Part shown: piece by piece, positions 44,801 to 58,900 of the stretch
Layout: every line of letters begins with the position of its first letter
Position numbering within the stretch: the first letter of the stretch is position 1
Origin: Eledone cirrhosa
Lineage: Eukaryota
Direction: 5' to 3'
NCBI GenBank assembly: GCA_964016885.1
Contig: OZ024753.1
Location: forward strand, 7,068,001 to 7,132,000
DNA: 64,000 nt
The notes under the pieces: model-generated
What the model saw: the letters and a program-made list of their open reading frames with translations, nothing else
What the model was told of the DNA's origin: nothing
Databases searched by the model: none
Position numbers and translations under genes: made by a program

Positions 44801-45140
44801 GCCGTACTACGAGTGACAAACGAAATTTCGTTTCATTTTTTCCATTTTATATATTGTTTTATCAATTCTTCCGTCTCTTTATTTTATGTCGATGCCAGGA
44901 ATTTTGAATATTATTTGATGGAATTGAATTGGTAATCTTTGCTCAGGTAACAGAAAATCTGTTTATGTTGCCCTATGGCAAATATGTGTTATGGTTGGTT
45001 CATTTCATGTTTGTTTCCAGTTCCTTTGTCTGTTTGTTAGTTGTGTTTTTTCGATAATGATGATGATGATGGTTAAAATTCAACAAGAAAGATTTCAAGA
45101 AGAGAACATGAATGATGATTATAATCCATATATATATATA

Positions 45141-45184
<44 letters not shown>

Positions 45185-45759
45185 TAAAGAATGTTTCCAT
45201 TCTAAATTCATAGCAGAAAATTTACTTTAAACAACATCTATTTATCTCATTCGTTCCTTTGTACTAATGTTATATCTAAGACTTAAGAAATATGTGTTAA
45301 GATGAAAATACATCCCTTTAGGTAAATATCTCATGAATATAGATTTGGATTATTTCGAAGCAACGAATTCTGACGTCAATGACCACTTTGATTCCTCTAA
45401 CAATGAGGAGATGTATCTTGATGAAATTAATGTATGTTTATATTTATTTCTATTGGAAAATATATATGTCAAAGACGTACAATGAGCGCATGCAAGTCTA
45501 TCCCTGTAAGTGGTTTGCTTCGCATCCACATATCTGCTGATTCGATTACACTGTACGATACCTAGGTCAAGAGGTCCCATGAAACGAAAACATGCCTCGT
45601 CAAATATTTTTCTGATACTAATGAAACGAATCAGGCAATGTCTTAACAGTTTGTAGAAAAAAATATTTATTCTCCCACGACGTCAGCAATTTAAAAGAAA
45701 ATGTCTGTTGTTTTCGTTGACATCGTATTTACGCATAGCGCCATCTATTTTGGTAGAAG

Positions 45760-45928
45760 CGAAAGTCGATTAAATCTACCCCAGATCGATCCTGGTACTT
45801 TATTTTATCGACACTGTAAGAATGAAAGGCAAAGCTTACAACAGCAGGATTTGAACTTACAACGTAAGGGCCGTAAGTCTAAGCTGCAAAGTATGTTGTC
45901 CACCGCTCTAACTATACTGCTTATCCAC
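45760..45928 (-). mobile_element. Diverged main-family SINE
   Basis: GGTACTTTATTTTATCGAC..GAAAGGCAAAG..GATTTGAACT. Confidence 0.8.
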
Positions 45929-46396
45929 CCTTATTTTAACCTCGTATTAATAATATGAATTCATATTCGCAAATAACCTAAATGGAGTAAGAATTACTGG
46001 ACTGTATTTGAATGCATATCGTATACAAATGTAACTAAATTTATCGAGATATTTAGTCTGGCAAACGAACAATTTCCGTGGCTCTTGCCTTCTCGTTAGG
46101 CTAACAAAACACATAGACATATATTTGAGAGGAGAGGGTAACTGAATACCTTCACATGAATAGCAAGACTGTTACTATTATTATCGGACTTAAAACAACG
46201 AAAGGTAAAGCTCATCCGATGGGATTTGAACTTACATAGAAATAGAATGCAACTTTATAGCACAAGACATTGGATCACAATTGCTTCTACCACACTCGTA
46301 AATGTAACAATGCTAATTTGTTACTGATGAATATTGATTATGAGCTTATATTAAGGAAATGAAGACTCACACGCATGCAAAAACACAACATGGACA

Positions 46397-46439
<43 letters not shown>

Positions 46440-46819
46440 CTAAGGGGTCATCTCTCCCGGAGATATATTGTATATATATATAAATCATACATACGAACAT
46501 CCAGAAAATGAATGCATACATACACACACCTACATACACACACACACACATAAACAAATACAAACACTTATGAAACTTTATAAAGTAATGAAACCAGAAG
46601 AACATGGATACATACATACTCAAAAATGCTCTCGACTCAAGGTCCTTGGTCTGGTGACAAGAGAAGGGAAACACGTTTCAAGAGTATTGTTGGAAGGGCG
46701 TGAACGAAGGTGAGTCACTAGATTTGGCTCAAAAGCGATGAAGATTGATACCTCCAACACACTGAACCCTCGTTCTGTGACACGATATCTGATCCACCTA
46801 GTTTTCTTACGTAGTGTAT

Positions 46820-46890
46820 GTAACTTACATCGTTATAAGAACACCGAGTACAACTAATTTAGCGAGAAGAGTGGCTGAAATATTTATAGG
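46820..46890 (-). promoter_or_regulatory. Possible TATA-Inr core promoter and short first exon
   Basis: Minus strand: CCTATAAATA, ATTAGTT about 30 nt later, then GTAAGT donor about 30 nt further. Confidence 0.3.
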
Positions 46891-46951
46891 ATTCTTACAC
46901 CGTCACATGAAACACCGACACTTGCAAAATTCGCAGCACACAAATGTATTT

Positions 46952-47000
<49 letters not shown>

Positions 47001-47111
47001 TTTATATACGCATTATGTTATACATAAAACTTTACACCTTCGAAATATATATAATGAAATGATGATATAAAGCATATATCTTTCGTTTATTATTCTTTCT
47101 CTCTCTCTCTC

Positions 47112-47143
<32 letters not shown>

Positions 47144-47452
47144 TTTTTCTCAACCTGATTAGTTTTATCGTTACTTTGGTATATTATTGTGTGTTAGTTT
47201 AGCCTACCACAATGTTCGATTTGTCAAGCTATTTAAACGTATGTTATTACTCTAAGGACCTTACGGGGTCGATAAAATAAAGCACCAGTAATGTACTGTG
47301 TAATTGCTGGCCTTGTGCCAGATGTTGAAACAGTTATTACTCTAAGGACCTAACTTATCGAGTGCTTCGCTAACTCATCATTTCATATAGGTAGGCCGAA
47401 TTTGCTTGCAAACCGCCAGAGATTCGATTTTACTGATTTCCAATTATATATA

Positions 47453-48975
47453 TATACTAGCAGTAAAGCCCGGCGTTGCTCGATGTCGCTCAGTAGCTCT
47501 GTTAAAGTTACAATGTTAAGTTTCTTTTTGGGCTTAAAAACTGTAGTGTCTACTGTGCAGACTTGCATGTGGTGTTTTTGATTAATATTCCCTCAACCAA
47601 CAATATGCCTTATGAAGTTAAGAAAACATAACGATAACCCCAATGTTATAACAAAAGAGGATGCTGGGGATAAAAACTGCACTGGTTATTTATTAACAAA
47701 GATCGAAAATGTAAACACTGCAACGCAGAGAAAAACATTAGCGTAACCAAATTATCAGTTATGTCTGTCTGCACGCCTATATCACCTCTCTGCACGACTG
47801 TCTGTCTGCACGCCTATATCACCTCTCTGCACGACTGTCTGTCTGCACGCGTATATCACCTCTCTGCACGACTGTCTGTCTGCACGCGTATATCACCTCT
47901 CTGCACGACTGTCTGTCTGCACGCCTAACGAAATTTACAGATACATATATTTTAAATAAACTTATATAATTTTTGCTTTTTTTTACGAAATATTTGCTTG
48001 TTTTACGTAGTCTTTAAATAGACTTGTTTTCAAGTAAAAATATTGTTTTAAAAGGCTTTTAAATGGAAATGAAGCAAAACGGAAGCTTAGTGTTCGAACT
48101 GATGAAGCTGTGTTAAAGTTACAATGTTAAGTTTCTTTCTTGGCTTAAAAACTGTAGTATCTACTGTGCAGGCTTGCATGTGGTGTTTTTGATTAATATT
48201 CCCTCAACCAACAATATGCCTTATGAAGTTAAGAAAACATAACGATAACCCGAATGTTATAACAAAAGAGGATGCTGGGGTTAGAAACTGCACTGGTTAT
48301 TTATTAACAAAGATCGAAAATGTAAACACTGCAACGCAGAGAAAAACATTAGCGTAACCAAATTATCAGTTATGTCTGTCTGCACGCCTATATCACCTCT
48401 CTGCACGACTGTCTGTCTGCACGCCTATATCACCTCTCTGCACGACTGTCTGTCTGCACGCCTATATCACCTCTCTGCACGACTATCTGTCTGCACGCGT
48501 ATATCACCTCTCTGCACGACTGTCTGTCTGCACGACTGTCTGTCTGCACGCCTAACGACGAAATATTTGCTTGTTTTACGTAGTCTTTAAATAGACTTGT
48601 TTTCAAGTAAAAATATTGTTTTAAAATGCTTTTAAATGGAAATGAAGCAAAACGGAAGCTTGGTGTTCGAACTGATGAATTTTGCAGGTCAATATTTTGC
48701 TGGCTCGACAACTGTTAAAGCCAGCGTAATTTTTTACGTAAGACGCTCAATGTAAACAGAACAAAGGGAAATAACTGATCACTTACGCTCAAAAATCGAT
48801 ACATTATATTCGATTTCGTCACATAGGGTGGGTCAATTTGAAATGTTTTTTTTTCCGATGTCTTCGCTAGGGCTCAATGTACAAGTATAGCAATTTCGGT
48901 GCAATTCCGTGACAGATTCTAAGAGGAGATGTGTGCCAAAAATCGATAGACAGACAGACAACCACAGTTTTATAT
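47453..48975 (+). mobile_element. Non-autonomous Helitron/Helentron (DINE-1-like) element with internal duplication
   Basis: Starts ATACTAGCAGTAAAGCCCGGCGTTGCTCG, ends CAGACAGACA..TTTTATATATA; 611-bp duplication (47495/48106); 37-bp GTCT-containing tandem units. Confidence 0.6.
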
Positions 48976-49001
48976 ATATATATATATATATATATGGCCG
49001 T

Positions 49002-49757
49002 GTGCCTTTCATCCTTACGGGGTCGATAAAATAAAGTACCAGTAATACACTGGGTATTTGCTGGCCTTGTGCCTAACGTAGAAACAATTATATATATATA
49101 TATATAATTGTTTCTACGCTAGGCACAAGGCCAGCAATAACCCAGTGTATTACTGGTACTTTATTTTATCGACCCCGTAAGGATGAAAGGCAAAGTCAAC
49201 CTCGGTGGGATTTGAACTCAGATTGTAAAGGGACGTAACTATGCTGGAAAGCATGGCGTCCGACCCTCTACCGATACTGCCAATCCACCATCATATATAT
49301 ATATCTATATAATGATAATATAATGATAATCAAAATGCTTACTCATTTAGGCACAAGGCCAACAATTTTTTGAGGGGGAGGGGAAAATTCGATTAATCGA
49401 CACCAGTACGTTATTGGTACTTTATTTTATCGACCCCGTAAGGATGAAAGGTAAAGTTAACCTAAAAAAAAATTGAAAACAGAAAGTACAAAGTCTTAAC
49501 TAAACACCACTAAGCAATTTTTCCAACCCCCTGCCTTTCCAATCCACTGCACTTCACCATCAAACATAATAATTATTTCTACTTCTAGCATAAGGCCAGC
49601 AATTACCCACTACATTACTGGTACTTTATTTCATCGACCCCCGTAAGGATGAAAGGCAAAGTTAACCTCGGCAGGATTTGAACTCAGACCATAAAGGGCC
49701 GTAACTCTTTGCTGCAAAGCATGGCGTCCGACCCTCTACCGATACTGCTGATCCACC
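49002..49757. mobile_element. SINE cluster: tail-to-tail pair (49002-49290) plus two minus-strand copies
   Basis: About 95-bp near-perfect arms centred on (TA)n near 49097; further copies 49330-49550 and 49569-49757. Confidence 0.9.
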
Positions 49758-50141
49758 AATAATTGTCTCAGTCCAACGCCGTTAATAATAACAATAGAGA
49801 AACTTAAGTAACGTACCCTTGGAGGTGGAAAAATATAGGCAGAGGTTCTTGCAGGTATCGAACGCCACGGTTCAAATATCATTTACAGTGGTTCACTATT
49901 ATTATAGTCCGTCGCGTTAGGACGATGGCATTTCAAATTTCAATTTTTTTTTTTTACTTCAGGTTTATATATATAAACGTGTGTGTTTATGTGTATCTTT
50001 ACACACAGCCACACATATATATAAACACACACACTCACACACATATACGTATATATATATAAACATTTGAGTCCCGGGTTCAATCGAAGGTAACGACTGA
50101 AGCAAAGTACTCTAGTCCTGTAGAAGCTGTATATATACTAA

Positions 50142-50301
50142 ACCGACGCCATGCTTTGACGCATAGAGTTACGGCCCTTGCCATTCTGAGTTCAAATCGC
50201 GCCGAGGTTAACTTTGCCTTTCATCCTTACGGGGTCGGTAAAATAAAGTACCAGTAATACACTGTGTAATTGCTGGCCTTGTGCCTAACGTAGAAACAAT
50301 T
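50142..50301 (+). mobile_element. Short-tail SINE, 5' truncated
   Basis: Body and tail match. Confidence 0.9.
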
Positions 50302-50317
50302 ATATATATATTTAAGT

Positions 50318-50550
50318 AGAAGGAATATTAAATTTGTTGGTAATTCAACAAATATAAATGTTTATAACTGATTCAGAGCACTCAACAGTTATTCTGGAGT
50401 ATAATATACAATGATATAAAAATAAATGGAAACTATATTTATAAAACCATATTTATTCTATTATATATATTTCAAGGGTACAAAAAATGTTGGTACGCTA
50501 TCATCAGATAAAATATGAAGTGTGTTTTATAAATATTGACATAACCAAGG
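50318..50550 (-). mobile_element. HHR-bearing element family B, copy 1 (HHR 50454-50515)
   Basis: Minus strand: TATTTTAT CTGATGA TAGCGTAC..GTACCCTT GAAA TATATA TA ATAGAATA; collinear with 61730-61968. Confidence 0.8.
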
Positions 50551-50658
50551 ATAATATATTTTAACGGTTCAAGTTATCCATATATATATATATATATAAA
50601 TATATATATAGCATGCATGAAACTAAATATATGTATAACCATTTGTCTATACCATCCA

Positions 50659-50715
50659 ATATGCAAATGAGCATCCCAGGTAAACTTTCATCACCCGAAA
50701 CGAAATCTATATGGA
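50659..50715 (+). promoter_or_regulatory. Octamer plus PSE/TATA-like candidate promoter
   Basis: ATATGCAAATGAG, TCACCCGAAACGAAA at 50691, CTATATG at 50707. Confidence 0.5.
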
Positions 50716-50731
50716 GTATAGTCCATGCCCA

Positions 50732-50818
50732 TGTCAGTAACGGTTGAGTGAAAGCCTCTGACGAGAGGTTAATGAATCTTGAAACAGCGTTGTCTGGCAT
50801 TTTCGAACGCAACTGACA
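50732..50818 (+). ncRNA. Type I hammerhead ribozyme with extended stem I
   Basis: GCCT CTGACGA GAGGTT aatg AATCTT GAAA CAGCGTTG TC TGGC; distal TGTCAGT/ACTGACA. Confidence 0.85.
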
Positions 50819-51074
50819 GAATCTTTTACGGTTTCCCAGAGAAAGATAAAGAAACAATTTATCGTTACGAAAAAGTATTTTTTACCTTTGATACTGCGGC
50901 TAACATATGTTTATTGTACATAAACATATAATATATGACTTCATGCATACCCTATTATACTTAAATGCTTTCTTAGTGTTACTGTAAATAAAAGAATGTA
51001 TATATAGATATATATACAAGTATATATATATGAAAATGTATATATATATAAATATGTACGTATATATATATGTG

Positions 51075-51105
<31 letters not shown>

Positions 51106-51137
51106 ATTTATATATATACGTATATATATATACATGC

Positions 51138-51171
<34 letters not shown>

Positions 51172-51880
51172 TGGTATATATGAATATGTCTGGGTTTCTA
51201 TGTGTATATAAGTGCAATTGTTTATGTGTGTATAAAAAGATAAAGATACACATATATATATATAAATACACACACACATATATATATCGTTGTGTGTATG
51301 AATACATGTGTATATGTATGCGTGTATGCGTATGTATGTATGCATATGCGTGTGTGTGTGTGAATATATATGTGCGTGATTGTGTGTACGAAGGCATCGC
51401 TCAGACGCATATAAATGGAAATAAACTGTAAACTGAATTTCTCTACTGAATAACAATTCCAGATAAAATGGAGGACATATTTGATGTTAGCTAGGATTAA
51501 TCATCAAAGGATGTAATTTTCAGCGTCCTGTTCTATTGTACCGTTTGCCAATGATCAACGTAATAGCTTCACATTGATTGGTTTATAGTCTGCCAAGTGA
51601 AGAATCAGAATCACTATATGCAAGAAAAAAATAACTACTTAAAACATGGTACATAATAATAATAAAAAAAACAAATGTACGTGTAACAATGAAATTGCTA
51701 TAAATAAAATCCTTTTTAACTGTGTAGTGATGTATACTTTCAAACGCGGTTTATCACGTCTCTATCATTCTCTACACGCATGTATGTATATATATATATG
51801 TATATGTATATATGTATATATATACACACACACACATATATAAATATGCATGCAATTACACACACACACACATATATGTA

Positions 51881-52078
51881 TAGGAAAAAGTATGACCCCG
51901 ACGGCAGAGCTCAGGCCGTTTCGACGGCTATTTCTGGACTCTGAGTCCAGAAATAGCCGTCGAAACGGCTTAAGCTCTGCCGTCGGGGTCATACTTTTGC
52001 CTACTTCCCACTCTACTACCCTAAGTATTGAGTACTCAGGTGCGTTATGGTCCATCTGCTTCCTTACCACAATTCCTT

Positions 52079-52082
<4 letters not shown>
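51881..52082. repeat. Fold-back palindromic element (61-bp arms) with 3' extension
   Basis: 51881-51941 / 51943-52003, three mismatches. Confidence 0.95.
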
Positions 52083-52118
<36 letters not shown>

Positions 52119-52644
52119 AAATGCATATATACAAATAAATACACAAACAAGCACAGACCCACACATAGAAACACACATGGAAACAGAGATAGGCAGACAC
52201 ACATACGTGCTCACACACACACATACACATATATAAATATATACATTTTTTAACACGAATTCTTACTTTCTGCTACTCGCTTTTTTTTCTTTGTATCATT
52301 CATGTTTATCGTTCTAAAAGAGAACCACACTTCTTCCCTGACGTCACATAAAATTGTTTGTTTTGTAGCTTAATTACTATAAATTAATCTTTTATCTCTC
52401 GTCTCCGACTCCACTGGAGAGCGTTTGGCATATGTCAGACACTGTGACCTCAATTGGTCCATATCAACGCTTGGTAACCATGGAGATTTGTGTCCTTCGT
52501 TTTGTATTTTTTATATATAAAAATAATTTTTAATGGTTTCCTCGTAAAGAATTGCTTTTCGTTGTTTTGTTTCCGTTCGTTGACTTGTTCTTTTTTTTTT
52601 GTTAATTTTCTTAGGGTTATATATAGGGTTATATATATACATAC

Positions 52645-52743
<99 letters not shown>

Positions 52744-52792
52744 AACACAGAGACACACACACACACACATATACATATACATAAATACACAG

Positions 52793-52871
<79 letters not shown>

Positions 52872-52979
52872 CATATGCCACTGGTTAGGCGGCATTGCGT
52901 GGTCAGTGTCATCATTGAAATATGTATTGCAGCCTTATCAATAAAGGACTTTAACTACTTCGGATTTTCTCATTCTAAA

Positions 52980-53145
52980 TATACACGGTCTTTCCTACGA
53001 GGAACAGGTACGTAGAGTGCTTGATACGAATTGCATCAATATTTACCGTAAGTATATGTATATACTACCAAAATTAGATTAAAGATGCCATGTCTGAGAA
53101 ATCAGAAGTATGTGCCATACCACCTATGGAATAAACTCAAAGATT
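52980..53145 (+). mobile_element. Possible CR1-type LINE 3' relic
   Basis: HGLSYEEQ... and LWNKL resemble the CR1 terminal motifs L.YEERL and WN.LP. Confidence 0.3.
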
Positions 53146-53367
53146 CCAAGTAGTAAATCCGATTAATCTTTTAATTTAATGTTATATATATGTATCACTT
53201 TTCGTTGCTTCACCATTTTTGTTTGTTTACACTCGTGTTCCCTTTATTTACGTGTCCCAACGACTTTTTTCTAGCCGTTGCTCGCACCAACCGGAGGCAT
53301 ATGGTCTTTAAAGGGATGAAATACCAATGATGGTTGGAAGATCACTGATGAAGGACTAACTTTATTA

Positions 53368-53465
<98 letters not shown>

Positions 53466-53927
53466 AGATTCAGGACCCCGACAGCTAAGCTCCAGCGGTT
53501 TCGTCAGGGTGACCAGAAGAATGTATACACATATTTATTAGAATGGCGTTGAAATTTGTGTATATATATATATATATACATTGGATGTGAATTATATGTA
53601 TGCCTGTCAGCATACAATTATAAATTGCCACTTAAACACAAACGTATCAATGGTAATATCACGACTTTGCAATATATAGACAGGAAGAAAAACTTACATT
53701 GACATATTGAACGAAAGCTAGAAATTAAAGACTGTAGAGAACGCTTAGACAGATGTTTACCAGCGCAACTTGAGGTTAAGTTGGGCAGATGTGTTAGAGA
53801 ATGCAGTAAATCATACCTGGGAAGCCATCAATTTTGTACAGATTTGTTAGTGTTCGTTTATTTTGCAGACAACAAAACGAAACCCAATAATATACAGTAT
53901 GTAACTAATGTTCACACACCAACAATG

Positions 53928-54150
53928 GATTCTTATATAGGCATAAGGCCAGCAATTAAATCGCCCCCCCCCCGTACGTGACTTGTACTTTATTTTATCG
54001 ACCCCAGTACGTGACTGGTACTTTATTTTATCGACCCCGTAAGGATGAAAGGCAAAATTAACCTCAGCGGGATTTGAACTCAGATCATATAGGGTCGTAA
54101 CTCTATGCTGCAAAGCATGGCGTCTGACCCTCTAACGATACTGCCAATCC
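53928..54150 (-). mobile_element. Main-family SINE with a short internal duplication
   Basis: GTACGTGACT(T/G)GTACTTTATTTTATCGACCCC twice. Confidence 0.9.
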
Positions 54151-54387
54151 GAAATCTATAAGTAAGGATAACCTTCCAATTGCTGATGGTATTTTCCGTA
54201 ATAAACACATTGGCTTTGTCTATTATAATGGAGCATCAACAATAGCAACCGTGAATTTTATTTCTTAATATCGCGAGTGTTAATGGCTTGTAATTCTGAT
54301 AAGAAACATAGATTATAACAACCTGAAAAAGATTAGAAGAGAAATACAAAATTAGGGGGAAGAACCGTTTGATAATATAGATACTAT

Positions 54388-54665
54388 AGATATCATATAT
54401 TTTCACTAGCTCTGACAGTTGGCAGCTAAGCAGTATACGCTACAGATGAAGAGTAATCACCTAGAAATATTAATGTCTGCCGTTCTGTATATATACCAGC
54501 ACAAGAGGTAGAACAGCGAGGACATTCTACTCACATGGCTTAAAGATGGCGTTTGCATAATTGCAAACGTATCCAATATTATTATTATTATTAGTATTCG
54601 AAAAACTCAGATTTGCATTGCATGTATTCAGCCATGTATAGCAATAAAACTATTTGTTAGGTTAT
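54388..54665 (+). mobile_element. HHR element family A, copy 2 (HHR 54431-54487, core U4>A)
   Basis: CAG-TAT-ACGCTA CAGATGA AGAGT aatc ACCTA GAAA TATTAATG TC TGCCGT-T-CTG; collinear with 12612-13085 minus the SINE. Confidence 0.8.
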
Positions 54666-54735
54666 ACTATAGATAATAAAGCTAATATAGATAATATCTT
54701 CACAATAGAACACGACTAAAACAAAGGCTGATTCG

Positions 54736-54792
<57 letters not shown>

Positions 54793-55033
54793 CTGTGTAT
54801 ATATATAAATATATGTGTATACATATATATATACATATATATATATGTATGTATGTATGCATGTTCAGAGCCCGGACTGTCTGCTGACAATATATTGAAA
54901 CGGGAAATATTGCAAATGAAGTTGATATCAACGTTTGACACGATATCATTCTACATTATGTACAAAAGATATCGTTCAAAATATCTACGCAACTATTTTA
55001 GAAGACATATTTTTTACGAACGGTAATAGGAGT

Positions 55034-55110
<77 letters not shown>

Positions 55111-55360
55111 ATATACATATATATATATATATAAATAAGTATATATTTAGATATATGTATATATATATGTATGTATATATACATACATATATATATATAC
55201 ATATATATGTATATATATGTGTGTGCGTGCGGGTATATATATACACACACACAGACATACACACACATATATATATATATATCTCGAGTGATGCGCATCC
55301 ATATGTACATATTTATGTTCGTGTTTCTATCTATCTACCTAACTATCTAACTATATATAA

Positions 55361-55391
<31 letters not shown>

Positions 55392-55394
55392 AAT

Positions 55395-55425
<31 letters not shown>

Positions 55426-55430
55426 AAAAT

Positions 55431-55524
<94 letters not shown>

Positions 55525-55929
55525 TAATATATATATATTAATATATATATATATATGCGTACCAACACATACACAAACAATCATATGTACATATGTAGAT
55601 ATATGCATACACTAACTAGTACTAACAACCATGATATGCAGTTTCGTTGAGAAGCGTCTGAGAGTTATTATGATACATCTTGTTAAAGAGCTAGCGTGTA
55701 AATTGATAAATGTCGTTTCTTTCAATAGAGTGGCGCCATCTTAAGAAGAATGTTTTGGATTAAGAAGCTGATGTCTGTCTGTACAAAACAAGATAGGTAG
55801 GACTGCGGTAGGGTGATGACTATTCAGACGATAATGTATGTATTGTAATCATAATGGTATTTCTTTGCTTCCATCAAATCATTGTATTTTATTCAGGCGG
55901 ATTGGTTGGTACAATAGATGGCTAGTTAG

Positions 55930-58900
55930 ATGTTTGGTTGGAATAGTAAGGTGGTTAGTTGGTTGGTTGGAATAGTAGGGTGGTTAGTTGGTTGGTTGGA
56001 ATAGTACGGTGGTATAGCTGGTTGGTTGGAATAGTAGGGTGGTTAGCTGGTTGGTTGGAATAGTACGGTGGTATAGCTGGTTGGTTGGAATAGTAGGGTG
56101 GTATAGCTGGTTGGTTGGAATAGTAGGGTGTTTTAGCTGGTTGGTTGGAATAGTAGGGTGGTATAGCTGGTTGGTTGGAATAGTAGGGTGGTTAGCTGGT
56201 TGGTTGGTTGGAATAGTAGGGTGGTTAGCTGGTTGGTTGGAATAGTAGGGTGGTTAGCTGGTTGGTTGGTTGGAATAGTACGGTGGTATAGCTGGTTGGT
56301 TGGAATAGTAGGGTGGTATAGCTGGTTGGTTGGAATAGTAAGGTGGTATAGCTGGTTGGTTGGTTGGAATAGTACGGTGGTATAGCTGGTTGGTTGGAAT
56401 AGTAGGGTGGTATAGCTGGTTGGTTGGAATAGTAAGGTGGTATAGCTGGTTGGTTGGAATAGTAGGGTGGTATAGCTGGTTGGTTGGAATAGTAGGGTGT
56501 TTTAGCTGGTTGGTTGGAATAGTAGGGTGGTATAGCTGGTTGGTTGGAATAGTAGGGTGTTTTAGCTGGTTGGTTGGAATAGTAGGGTGGTATAGCTGGT
56601 TGGTTGGAATAGTAGGGTGGTTAGCTGGTTGGTTGGTTGGAATAGTAGGGTGGTTAGCTGGTTGGTTGGTTGGAATAGTAGGGTGGTTAGCTGGTTGGTT
56701 GGTTGGAATAGTAGGGTGGTATAGCTGGTTGGTTGGAATAGTAGGGTGGTTAGCTGGTTGGTTGGTTGGAATAGTAGGGTGGTATAGCTGGTTGGTTGGA
56801 ATAGTAGGGTGGTTAGCTGGTTGGTTGGTTGGAATAGTAGGGTGGTTAGCTGGTTGGTTGGTTGGAATAGTAGGGTGGTATAGCTGGTTGGTTGGAATAG
56901 TAGGGTGGTTAGCTGGTTGGTTGGTTGGAATAGTAGGGTGGTATAGCTGGTTGGTTGGAATAGTAGGGTGGTTTAACTGGTTGGTTGGAATAGTAGGGTG
57001 GTTAGATGTTTGGTTGGAATAGTAGAGTGGTTAGATGTTTGGTTGGAATAGTACGGTGGTATAGCTGGTTGGTTGGAATAGTAGGGTGGTATAGCTGGTT
57101 GGTTGGAATAGTAGGGTGGTTAGCTGGTTGGTTGGTTGGAATAGTAGGGTGGTTAGCTGGTTGGTTGTAATAGTAGGGTGGTATAGCTGGTTGGTTGGAA
57201 TAGTAGGGTGGTATAGCTGGTTGGTTGGAATAGTAGGGTGGTATAGCTGGTTGGTTGGAATAGTAGGGTGGTTAGTTGGTTGGTTGGAATAGTACGGTGG
57301 TATAGCTGGTTGGTTGGAATAGTAGGGTGGTATAGCTGGTTGGTTGGAATAGTAGGGTGGTTAGCTGGTTGGTTGGTTGGAATAGTAGGGTGGTTAGTTG
57401 GTTGGTTGGAATAGTAGGGTGGTATAGCTGGTTGGTTGGAATAGTATGGTGGTTAGCTGGTTGGTTGGAATAGTACGGTGGTATAGCTGGTTGGTTGGAA
57501 TAGTAGGGTGGTATAGCTGGTTGGTTGGAATAGTAGGGTGGTTAGTTGGTTGGTTGGAATAGTAGGGTGGTATAGCTGGTTGGTTGGAATAGTAGGGTGG
57601 TATAGCTGGTTGGTTGGAATAGTAGGGTGGTATAGCTGGTTGGTTGGAATAGTAGGGTGGTTAGTTGGTTGGTTGGAATAGTAGGGTGGTATAGCTGGTT
57701 GGTTGGAATAGTAGGGTGGTATAGCTGGTTGGTTGGAATAGTAGGGTGGTATAGCTGGTTGGTTGGAATAGTAGGGTGGTATAGCTGGTTGGTTGGAATA
57801 GTAGGGTGGTATAGCTGGTTGGTTGGAATAGTAGGGTGGTATAGCTGGTTGGTTGGAATAGTACGGTGGTATAGCTGGTTGGTTGGAATAGTAGGGTGGT
57901 TAGTTGGTTGGTTGGAATAGTAGGGTGGTATAGCTGGTTGGTTGGAATAGTAGGGTGGTATAGCTGGTTGGTTGGAATAGTAGGGTGGTATAGCTGGTTG
58001 GTTGGAATAGTACGGTGGTATAGCTGGTTGGTTGGAATAGTACGGTGGTATAGCTGGTTGGTTGGAATAGTAGGGTGGTTAGTTGGTTGGTTGGAATAGT
58101 AGGGTGGTATAGCTGGTTGGTTGGAATAGTACGGTGGTATAGCTGGTTGGTTGGAATAGTAGGGTGGTATAGCTGGTTGGTTGGAATAGTACGGTGGTAT
58201 AGCTGGTTGGTTGGAATAGTAGGGTGGTATAGCTGGTTGGTTGGAATAGTAGGGTGGTTAGTTGGTTGGTTGGAATAGTAGGGTGGTATAGCTGGTTGGT
58301 TGGAATAGTAGGGTGGTATAGCTGGTTGGTTGGAATAGTAGGGTGGTATAGCTGGTTGGTTGGAATAGTACGGTGGTATAGCTGGTTGGTTGGAATAGTA
58401 GGGTGGTATAGCTGGTTGGTTGGAATAGTAGGGTGGTTAGTTGGTTGGTTGGAATAGTAGGGTGGTATAGCTGGTTGGTTGGAATAGTAGGGTGGTATAG
58501 CTGGTTGGTTGGAATAGTAGGGTGGTATAGCTGGTTGGTTGGAATAGTAGGGTGGTATAGCTGGTTGGTTGGAATAGTAGGGTGGTATAGCTGGTTGGTT
58601 GGAATAGTAGGGTGGTATAGCTGGTTGGTTGGAATAGTAGGGTGGTATAGCTGGTTGGTTGGAATAGTACGGTGGTATAGCTGGTTGGTTGGAATGGTAG
58701 GGTGGTTAGTTGGTTGGTTGGAATAGTAGGGTGGTATAGCTGGTTGGTTGGAATAGTAGGGTGGTATAGCTGGTTGGTTGGAATAGTAGGGTGGTATAGC
58801 TGGTTGGTTGGAATAGTACGGTGGTATAGCTGGTTGGTTGGAATAGTAGGGTGGTATAGCTGGTTGGTTGGAATAGTAGGGTGGTTAGCTGGTTGGTTGG

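Noticed and set aside
45342-45437. Possible plus-strand exon DLDYFEATNSD...EIN followed by GTATGT
   Set aside because: Poor acceptor, unrecognised peptide, no partner exons
48099-48680. CTGATGA at 48099 and 48673; also 46324
   Set aside because: No stem II/GAAA/stem I arrangement follows
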